Source: Promethearchaeota archaeon (GTDB lineage Archaea > Asgardarchaeota > Lokiarchaeia > Sigyniarchaeales > Promethearchaeaceae). From it: a stretch of DNA of 32,000 bases. Position 1 is the stretch's first letter; every line of letters starts with the position of its first letter. Positions 10,688 to 18,513 of the stretch are shown in pieces. The stretch lies in the NCBI GenBank assembly GCA_016933055.1, contig JAFGBS010000004.1, positions 390,001 to 422,000 of the forward strand, written 5' to 3'. The notes beneath the pieces are model-generated. The model saw nothing but the letters and a program-made list of their open reading frames with translations. It did no database searches and was not told the DNA's origin. Both the position numbers and the translations under genes were made by a program.

Positions 10688-11118
10688 ATTAATCAATATC
10701 TATCTGAGTTCTTAAGGCTCCGTTGGTAACGCAATCCATGTGTGTTTAACGTATTTTAGCGTAAAACGTCAAACCCGTTATCTAAAGCAAATTCAGTGGG
10801 TTTAGGTGTTCCGTTTTCCAAAAGTGCAATAATTTGCAGATAGGATACGAAAGCAGATACATTCCTACGAGATACAGCGTAATACCTCTTTTTTCCTTCC
10901 GTGAGAGATATTAATAAACGTAATTCAGAAGTGCGGGTAGGTGGTGGGAATAAAGGAGCCCAAAGGCGAATGCGTAGCATGAGCCTACTAGATAGTATGC
11001 AGAACCCGATAGGTATTGGAGGGGTTAACCCGAACCCTTTGGACCGAAGTACGTACTAGTAGTATCGATTCACCCGAACCAAAAATTTTTGGATTAGGTA
11101 GGATAGATATTGATTAAT
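10688..11118. mobile_element. MITE-like non-autonomous element, about 420-430 bp, with perfect terminal inverted repeats
   Basis: ATTAATCAATATCTATC (10688-10704) and its exact reverse complement GATAGATATTGATTAAT (11102-11118). The outer palindromic TTAA/ATTAAT can be read as a target-site duplication, leaving 11-12 bp TIRs. No intact transposase inside. Confidence 0.55.
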
Positions 11119-11425
11119 CAATTTCGTACACATTACCCTAATCCGTACGAACTACGCTAAAAGCCTAGCCATGGGATAATTGGGATAGGTTCTTTTGGCG
11201 TAGGGGTGCCTAATACCCATGAAATTTATCTATGGTTATCCCAACGAAAACCCTATTTGGGTAACGATTTACCGTAGAAATAGGATAAAGTGAGAAACAT
11301 GCCATAGAGGGAGCCCAATTCAGCATGTAGAATTTGGGATAATTCACGAATTTTAAAAAAAAATACTTACCAATTTTAAGCGTGTTTGTTTTAAAACGTG
11401 AATAATTATCATATCAAGATCTTAG

Positions 11426-11600
11426 ATGTTGTTTAGTCGATATTTTATTCAAGAACCCCATAATGAGGATGTGCTGCAATATGCACCGGGATCTTGGGAA
11501 CCTAAGCACTACAAGACAAATTAGAAGAACTTAAACACCAATGTATTGATATACCATTAATCATTGGGGGAAAGAAATACATACAGAGACTAAAATTAAT
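11426..11600 (+). pseudogene. 5' relic of L-glutamate gamma-semialdehyde (P5C) dehydrogenase
   Basis: MLFSRYFIQEPHNEDVLQYAPGSWEP, then a frameshift to LQDKLEELKHQCIDIPLIIGGK. This matches the P-x-NEPVL-x-YAPGS-x-ER...L..LK...IDIPLIIGGKE N-terminus of PruA/ALDH4. The rest of the gene is absent. Confidence 0.7.
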
Positions 11601-11942
11601 TTCGCAACAAAAAGAGTGCTTGAAATTTTATTTCTAAAAAAACGCTCCTATCCACTATCTTATTATTAAATTCTTGAACCTTCGGAATTGTGGATCCAGA
11701 GATAATTTTTCTTGTACTACGTTCATGGGAAAACGGAATATTTTAACAATCTTATAGGTTAGTGGTCTGTCAATTTTCGAGTAATTAACTTAAGTTTCGC
11801 CATTTATCTTGACATTCGGATTAAATGTGTTGTTTAAATACCTCTTTAGAAAAAGGAAATACCCTTCGGGTGTCAAAAAAGAATTTGAATACCCATTCTA
11901 GTAAAATGAATATCCTTATTAATCATACGGATATACAATATC

Positions 11943-12194
11943 ATGATGTCGCACCCCACTATTTCCATTGTTAACCGTAAGGGTATGGTTACTATCCCCT
12001 CCAATCTTCGAAAAAAGTATAATCTACAAGAGGGATCAGAAGTGGCCTTTCTAGATATCATGGGGAATTTAGTTCTTGTTCCAATTTTATCAATTGAGGA
12101 AATACGGAAGCAGATGCCGCCTGCAAAGGAGATGTTGAAATCCTACGAAGAATCCCGCAAACAGGAGATACAATTGGAAAATAAACGCCTGTGA
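11943..12194 (+). CDS. AbrB/MazE/SpoVT-family antitoxin (VapB-type)
   Basis: VNRKGMVTIPSNLRKKYNLQEGSEVAF swapped-hairpin motif. Its stop overlaps the next gene (GTGA). Confidence 0.9.
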   Translation: MMSHPTISIVNRKGMVTIPSNLRKKYNLQEGSEVAFLDIMGNLVLVPILSIEEIRKQMPPAKEMLKSYEESRKQEIQLENKRL

Positions 12195-12625
12195 AAGCCA
12201 TGAAAAAGAAGATTTGCATAGATACTGGGATAATGACCCAATATATTTCTTCAAGTCCTCCGGAACCGATTGTTAATATAATAAACCGAGTGATCAAGAG
12301 AGAAATTGAATGCTATATTCTTAAATCCGTGCTTATTGAGGTGTATTATCAAATATGTAAATGGAAAGGCATTGAATTTGCTCGTAATGCATTAACTTCT
12401 TTCCAAAAAACCGTACCTTTTGTCCCCGTAGAATTAGATGATGGGTTAATCCAAACTGCCGGGATACTAAAGTGTCAGCATCGAACTACATTATCCTATA
12501 TTGATTGTATGAGTATATCTTATTGTATAAATAACAAAATGGAATTTCACACTACCGAGAAAACCTTGAAAGGAATACAAGACGACACTTTGAACAAACT
12601 AAAAGTGAAAAAATATCGATTTTGA
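12191..12625 (+). CDS. PIN-domain (VapC-like) ribonuclease toxin
   Basis: ICIDTG (first Asp), VLIEVYYQI (Glu), LSYIDC (Asp), TTEK (Glu where T-x-D is usual). Translationally coupled to the AbrB gene; ATG at 12200 is an alternative start. Confidence 0.88.
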   Translation: MKAMKKKICIDTGIMTQYISSSPPEPIVNIINRVIKREIECYILKSVLIEVYYQICKWKGIEFARNALTSFQKTVPFVPVELDDGLIQTAGILKCQHRTTLSYIDCMSISYCINNKMEFHTTEKTLKGIQDDTLNKLKVKKYRF

Positions 12626-12875
12626 TGCACTGGATGGTAATTTTCAGAGTAATCAAATCAAGTTTCATCATTAAGATATAATCGCTATTCAACCTCCGCG
12701 GTGGGTAACCGATACGAATCAATCTCTCATGGGATGAATTTTCTAATTATATCGATCGATACATACACATTACGACACATAATTATTCTTTTCATTTTAA
12801 CTCAAGGGAAGTCTCATCCTTCCAGAAACCCAAGACGAAAACCTCTACCACACCTTATCCACGAATGCGGAAGTA

Positions 12876-13103
12876 TTGCGTATCTATCATATGATTAAAA
12901 TGACTGAAGCGCAAGGTCTTAATGTCCTTTATGAGTATTTGGAGCAAATGATGAATGATGCAAAGAAAACTGATGCATCTAAAACACTGAAGAATTTAGC
13001 TTCGGATCACGAGAAAAATGTGGAAGAAGTGCGTATCTTGGGGATTCTGGGTATAGTGGATAGGTTGTTTTACTCTTTCTCTATTCCAATGGATACTCTT
13101 TAA
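12876..13103 (+). pseudogene. possible ferritin-like/rubrerythrin fragment
   Basis: MIKMTEAQG...YEYLEQMMNDAKKTDASKTLKNLASDHEKNVEEVR is a helix pair resembling A..ME..G..FY......A.....K..F..LA.DE..H. Metal ligands are partly lost. Confidence 0.25.
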
Positions 13104-13192
13104 GGCAGCATAAAAAGCCTTTGACATAATATCCTCTGACTAATTATTTTAGAAAAAAGAATTTTGTGAGTCTTTCAAGTACCATTAGATTT

Positions 13193-14026
13193 CTAGTCCT
13201 TCACGATGTGCCATCCGCATGTGTGGCAAAACGTGGCATCCGGAAGTAATTTTGTTCCGCATTTGATACAGAATCGTCCTGATTGGCTTTCATAAGGTGA
13301 GTATGTAGGGTCCTCTTCTGGAGGAGGATAATATTGAGGGGAGCCTTCTACCACCGGTTCGGTAATTCTCGAAATTAATGGTATTTTTTTGATGTTCGCA
13401 CCTGTTATGAAATATCCGATAACGGAGATGACTGTTTTTGCTAATCCCAAAATTAGAATAACAACTAGCATTACATCAATAGCAAACACAAAGACTGAAA
13501 GTATATCAAATGCTACAAATGCTATTCCGATTCCTGCTCCTATCGCAAGGAGCGTAGTTCCGTTCCGAATCTTTGCTTCGATTGGGGGACGGAGGGTTGC
13601 GCCATATTTTCCCAATCTAATCCACGCGATGATTTCAAAAATATACACGATAAGATACAATATATCGTAGATAATCAAGCAATTCAACCAATTATGTGCA
13701 TCCCACACAACTATATATGCAATATAATAGAAGACATTTGCAATTAAGGTGAGTATAAAAAACCCAATTAACATGGAATAATATCCACTGAACGTATTGA
13801 GATTTAGAATCGTTTTGATCTTCTGATTATTAATTACCAGCACAATCAGTAGAATTACAGTTGTCACATCTAACAGTACTTGCAGAAAAAATCCTTCAAA
13901 TCCTAAGAGTCCTAAAATAAATCCCAAGGCAAAACTTGCAATAGGCAATATTCCCAAGATAATTAACAAGTTTCCGAATTGCTCAAATCTTGGGGGATCT
14001 GGGTATGGTTGATACGTCATCTTCAT
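13193..14026 (-). CDS. multi-pass membrane protein with C-terminal zinc ribbon
   Basis: About six hydrophobic helices, a Pro-rich linker, then FCIKCGTKLLPDATFCHTCG (CxxC-x10-CxxC). Confidence 0.88.
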   Translation of the reverse strand: MKMTYQPYPDPPRFEQFGNLLIILGILPIASFALGFILGLLGFEGFFLQVLLDVTTVILLIVLVINNQKIKTILNLNTFSGYYSMLIGFFILTLIANVFYYIAYIVVWDAHNWLNCLIIYDILYLIVYIFEIIAWIRLGKYGATLRPPIEAKIRNGTTLLAIGAGIGIAFVAFDILSVFVFAIDVMLVVILILGLAKTVISVIGYFITGANIKKIPLISRITEPVVEGSPQYYPPPEEDPTYSPYESQSGRFCIKCGTKLLPDATFCHTCGWHIVKD

Positions 14027-14420
14027 CCCTCACTAGTCTATTGGATACTCGTTGAGGGACTATAAAAAAATTTCGATAAGTTAGATTATCCCAGTGAAAG
14101 AATTAATTAAATGCTCTTTTCTATAGTAACTTTTTTTTTGATTTGTAATTACCTGCATTAAATTTTTGAGTAATCTCTGCTTTCACTGCTGCTCCATCCC
14201 CTGTCATGGAATCCAAATTTTTTCTGGATTTTTGCCATTTTGGGAAAGGAGACGCTGGTTGAGTGCCATTAAATCAATGGATCGTCTCCGATCGCATCTC
14301 CTTGCGTTCGTATCTTATTTGTGGTGTAGTGAGTGTTTCCGTAGTTTTAGTAATATTGTTTAGAAAAAATACTCCAGAATTAACGAGATTGGCAAAATTT
14401 GGACTAAATAAATAATATTT

Positions 14421-15710
14421 TTATAGATTTTCGCTACTGGCGGGTGGAGTTTTTTCACTCGGAGGTTGGGTTGTATGAATCTCATCAAATTTAAAGATAG
14501 GAGTCGATAAACCTAGGATTATGAAAGAAATTATGGAAAGTATTGGTGTCAAGATAAATTGGAACCAAATCCCCGTAAATTCTGCAAGTGCTCCCCAAAT
14601 AATTAAACCTAATGGCATAATTGATTTAATAAGGGTAAATAAACTGGAAAATATCCGACCTTGATATTCTCGCGGAATAACGATTTGTAAAATAGTGATC
14701 AATTGCGTGTCGATAAAAGTTATACACAATCCCAGAACAAACCCCACTACATAAATCGCCCAAAAATTCCAAGAAACCGTATTTGGAATTGCTGCGAGTG
14801 CTAAAAGCACGAATGAGTTTATAAATGCCCAGATAACCACCCCTTTCATTTTTGGCTGTTTTTTAATTAGCATCAAGATTAGTCCCCCGATAAAAAACCC
14901 TACTTGAACAGAAGCCATCAAAAAACCAAATTCTCGTTCAAGTCCACCGTGATAATTTTGTAATAATAAAGGTAAAAGGCTAAACAAGGGAACCACAAAG
15001 AAATTGGCTAATCCAAATAGGATAAAAGGTGGTATTAATTTTGTTTCATGCATATATCGGACAGAAATTTTGAAATCCTCAAGAAAATGAAGTTTTCCGG
15101 TGCCTTGTGTTGCTACCCTTGGAATTTTCACGATTAACAATACAATCAGAGTCGGTACACACGTAATTACATCAAACCAATAAATCTGGTTAATCGGCAT
15201 AATTTGTATGAGGAATGCTCCGGCTATTGGGGTAACAATTGAGAGAAGTGCCATAAAAACCCGATCGAAAGCATTTATTTTTTGAATAAACTTCTTGGGC
15301 ACCATTAAAGAGTTTAGACTAACTGCAACCGGCATCTGGAACCCTTGACATATTCCTCTAATTCCCATAAGAACTAAAATCTGCCAAATTTCGAAAATTC
15401 CGAAAAAGAAAAGCATTATCAGCACAAAAGTAGCAAATGCTTGAACCGCATCAGAAATGAAAAGAATTTTGTTCTTGGATCGCCGATCTGCAATCACCCC
15501 AGCAAAGGGGGATACAAGTATCATCGGCACCATATTCGATATGGTTGATAAAGATAGAATCAGAGAACTTCCTGTTTCGATTGTCAGAAACCATGTCACA
15601 CTAAAGGATACGAGTTGAGAACCAATTAAAGAAATGTACTGAGTAGCCCATAACCATAAAAATTGCTTAAAAGTCTTTCTTGGGATGGACACTTCATTTA
15701 AGTTTTCCAT
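14421..15710 (-). CDS. MFS transporter (DHA3/macrolide-efflux-like)
   Basis: WATQYISLIGSQL, motif A SPFAGVIADRRSKNKIL, VIPREYQGRIFS, 12 TM. The ORF track starts at TTG 15782; ATG 15710 (MENLNEV) is the more plausible start. Confidence 0.93.
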   Translation of the reverse strand: MENLNEVSIPRKTFKQFLWLWATQYISLIGSQLVSFSVTWFLTIETGSSLILSLSTISNMVPMILVSPFAGVIADRRSKNKILFISDAVQAFATFVLIMLFFFGIFEIWQILVLMGIRGICQGFQMPVAVSLNSLMVPKKFIQKINAFDRVFMALLSIVTPIAGAFLIQIMPINQIYWFDVITCVPTLIVLLIVKIPRVATQGTGKLHFLEDFKISVRYMHETKLIPPFILFGLANFFVVPLFSLLPLLLQNYHGGLEREFGFLMASVQVGFFIGGLILMLIKKQPKMKGVVIWAFINSFVLLALAAIPNTVSWNFWAIYVVGFVLGLCITFIDTQLITILQIVIPREYQGRIFSSLFTLIKSIMPLGLIIWGALAEFTGIWFQFILTPILSIISFIILGLSTPIFKFDEIHTTQPPSEKTPPASSENL

Positions 15711-15764
15711 ATGTATACCAAGAATTCCCGAATAAATATCCTTCGATATGTTATGCAGTGGAGA

Positions 15765-16070
15765 TGTTGCTAGCGAATGCAAAATCCAAAGTACAAAATG
15801 CTACCTTCTTTCAAGCTAAAGCAGAATTATTATCCTTCGATTCAGAGTACTTCGATTACCTTTATTGTTCTTTCGCGTTTCATCATTTTACCAATGATGC
15901 TTAGGTACTCCAGAAGATGTATCGGGTATTAATGCCACTCGGGGATTGCTAAAAAACATTACCACAAGTTCTGAATTTCTGGATGGCCGGTATATCAATC
16001 AATTCTTTCCCGAATCCAAAAAAATTGACATTGATAGATGTGGAAAGCTACTTAGATTTTATAATCATTA
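15765..16070 (+). pseudogene. class I SAM-dependent methyltransferase relic
   Basis: ATFFQAKAELLSFDSEYFDYLYCSFAFHHFTNDA*VLQKMYRVLMPLG, then a frameshift to LLKNITTSSEFLDGRYINQFFPESKKIDIDR. Matches the DAE.LPF.D..FD......FHH......L.EM.RVLKPGG pattern. TAG at 15902-15904; the SAM-binding N-terminus is missing. Confidence 0.75.
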
Positions 16071-16186
16071 GATCGGTTGGATTAGCCTTCACTCATGCGA
16101 ATTTTTTTTCCGAGTGTCTGTTTATACAGCCATTGTTTCACCATTCTTAAATAGATATATATGTATGCATAGTGGTTTGCGATAAT

Positions 16187-17803
16187 ATGGATGCATTCCG
16201 GTATTCTTTATATATATCTGTAGGATTCGGGCTGTTGGTCTTTATTTGCTGCTTATTAAGTTCAAAAAAAAGGGCTGATTACGAGGATTATAGAAGGGAA
16301 AAATGGAACAAATATGTTTCTTTTCAAGACCCCGAGCTAAGAAAATCCTTGGAACACGATATCATTGTATCAACAGATGAAGAATTTGAGGCATTTTTGG
16401 TTTCTTTGCGTTCTTCGGTCAAGTATAGACGGGATAAAAACGGTTTACGCATTAGAAAAAACATATGCATGTTTATCAACAATATCTGGATGAATTCGTA
16501 TTCGGAAAAAGGTAGAAAAATTTACAAACGATTGAAAAAACTAGAAGAAATTGTCCCATTACTCAAACGAGTTTATTTTGGGCCTAAATACACCCCCATT
16601 ATTTATCGAGAACGAAAATATGAGAAATCCTATCAAAGGCGGAAGTTTAATTTCCCGCTCCAACCGGATTCCACGGCTCCAAAACTCGATACAATAATTG
16701 ATGTAGCATATCACCTTCAAACCTCAATTCGCTTGATTCTTGCCATTATTTATACTCAATCGCATTCACGCGATCGTAATTATGTTAAAATCACTCAAAT
16801 CGACAAGGCTTTGCATCAAAAGGGGAACTCTTACCTTAGGGTGGTTGGTTCTCCTATAGCTAGACATGTGGATATTGATCAATCATTCATCTTAAAGGAC
16901 AAGAGGGGAAAGGTCCCTAAAAACGCAAAAACAACCGATCCACAAGATGCTTATTTAGAATATAAAGAACTGGATAGTAATTTTTATACACGGAAAACGT
17001 TAGTAAAACCTAATGGCAGAAAACGATTAATAGCCGTTCCCAATGAGAAATTGCGATCCTTCCAGCGAATTATCCTCAAGACTATTCTTGAAAAGGCAGC
17101 CCTTCCTGATGTGTGTACGGGTTTTACAAAGACTCGTTCTACCGTGACCAATGCAGAATTTCATGTGGGTGCGCAAACTCTAGTAAAAGTTGATTTGCAT
17201 AATTTTTTCAATAACTTGTCTCTTGACCATGTATTTGAGGTATTCCGAGGATTTGGATATAATCGTCCTGTTTCGGGGATTTTGGCAAATTTATGCACGG
17301 ATTATTACAGAAGTCGTCGGTATTTACCTCAAGGAGCATCTACAAGTCCCATGATTGCGAATCTGTACGCATTGCATTTAGATAGACGTCTAGAAGGACT
17401 TGCGAACAAGTATGATTTGATCTACTCTCGATATGCAGATGATCTCACCTTTTCTTCTAAGGATCCCAAGATTCGTGTAAGAACCTTTATCCAAGCGGTA
17501 TACAAAATCATAAAAAGTGAAAAATTATACCCGAATTATCAAAAAACCAAAGTATATCGCAAGCAGCATAAAAAATCTGTTACGGGTATCACAGTAAATG
17601 AGAAAGTGAACATTGATCGAAAGTGGGTAAACGCATTTCGGGGTGAACTCTATCGCTATTCAAAATTCGGTGTGCCGGAAGAAGATAGGTTTAGAATCGT
17701 GCATCAAATGCACGGAAAATTTGCCTTTCTGAAAATGGTTAATCCTGAAGTTGCAAAGAAATATGAGACACAAATATCCAAATTCATTGCTGAAAATTCA
17801 TGA
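16187..17803 (+). CDS. retron-type reverse transcriptase with N-terminal transmembrane helix and long basic N-terminal extension
   Basis: KPNGRKRLIAVP, region X NAEFH (17150-17164), VKVDLHNFF, LPQGASTSPMIAN, YSRYADDLTFS (YADD at 17432), region Y VTGITVN (17579). No maturase or HNH domain. The ORF opens at GTG 16172; ATG 16187 follows an ATATATAT box at 16155-16162. Confidence 0.93.
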   Translation: MDAFRYSLYISVGFGLLVFICCLLSSKKRADYEDYRREKWNKYVSFQDPELRKSLEHDIIVSTDEEFEAFLVSLRSSVKYRRDKNGLRIRKNICMFINNIWMNSYSEKGRKIYKRLKKLEEIVPLLKRVYFGPKYTPIIYRERKYEKSYQRRKFNFPLQPDSTAPKLDTIIDVAYHLQTSIRLILAIIYTQSHSRDRNYVKITQIDKALHQKGNSYLRVVGSPIARHVDIDQSFILKDKRGKVPKNAKTTDPQDAYLEYKELDSNFYTRKTLVKPNGRKRLIAVPNEKLRSFQRIILKTILEKAALPDVCTGFTKTRSTVTNAEFHVGAQTLVKVDLHNFFNNLSLDHVFEVFRGFGYNRPVSGILANLCTDYYRSRRYLPQGASTSPMIANLYALHLDRRLEGLANKYDLIYSRYADDLTFSSKDPKIRVRTFIQAVYKIIKSEKLYPNYQKTKVYRKQHKKSVTGITVNEKVNIDRKWVNAFRGELYRYSKFGVPEEDRFRIVHQMHGKFAFLKMVNPEVAKKYETQISKFIAENS

Positions 17804-17822
17804 AACAAAAAAGAAAAAAGAA
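17804..17822 (-). terminator. double oligo-U terminator for the minus-strand ncRNA
   Basis: The minus strand reads TTCTTTTTTCTTTTTTGTT (two T6 runs) directly after the 3' inverted repeat. The plus strand after the RT stop is A-rich, so this tract can only act as an oligo-U terminator on a minus-strand transcript. Confidence 0.55.
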
Positions 17823-17957
17823 GTCCCTGCCAACAGATTTATGTTTTACCCTTGGTAAAATTCAACGAAAGACGCTTATTTCGTTGAATATTGTTGATAA
17901 TGTACATGTTCGTAGTCCACCACGATGGTTCATCGCAGCTCATTAGACGCCAGGGAC
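17823..17957 (-). ncRNA. candidate retron msr-msd ncRNA, convergent with the RT gene
   Basis: Minus strand: GTCCCTG-G-C...G-G-CAGGGAC, a 7-bp terminal inverted repeat closed by a G.G mismatch (putative branching G at 17950). The 5' half has small hairpins (UGCGAUG-AAC-CAUCGUG, whose G.U pairs form only on this strand). The 3' half has two perfect hairpins (17860-17889 with 11 bp; 17844-17860 with 7 bp). A U-tract follows immediately. Confidence 0.62.
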
Positions 17958-18513
17958 ATAATATTCATACTTTCTATACTTTTATGCATAATTATTATTC
18001 TATTATTAAATAATCCTCAAAAGAAGCGATTCTCTTCTTTCAATATCTTAAGCTTTAGGACTCCTGCGTCTTATAGGTTTTAACCAGTGAAATATGGATT
18101 TTAGTTTAACTGGAACATCCGACATCGAACCGCAACCTTAGAGGTCTTTATAATCAATTGCGCGATTTTGCAAATCGTCTTTCTTTAACGAAAATATCCC
18201 AAATAATTTGCGTGCACCAATTGTGTTCCCAGCAATATTCCTGTCTTCATAAATATTCAGAAAGTGATTTTTAAGCAGTTAAGGCATAAAATGAGAATAT
18301 CACAATACCAGGGAGAAACTGAATAAACTATGCCCAGAAATTTGCCATAGCTATTCCCAGATTTCCTGAATATATACCATTCGATATAAGGTTTATAAAT
18401 TATCTGGTTACCCGCAATCTATTCGACTATTTACCTATGCACAATATTTCAACCACGGAAGAAAAAGAAAATAGAGAGAATTGGGATGGACAGGTATACT
18501 TTCTTCCTCTCGA

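Noticed and set aside
1420-15904. TAG recoding (pyrrolysine or readthrough), suggested by in-frame TAGs at 1420, 9230 and 15902
   Set aside because: Each of these genes also has a frameshift or truncation, and intact genes such as moxR end in TAG.
16187-17803. Group II intron or intein interpretation of the RT and its insertion
   Set aside because: There is no maturase X or HNH domain and no domain V/VI motif downstream. The ~65-aa insertion lacks intein terminal residues.
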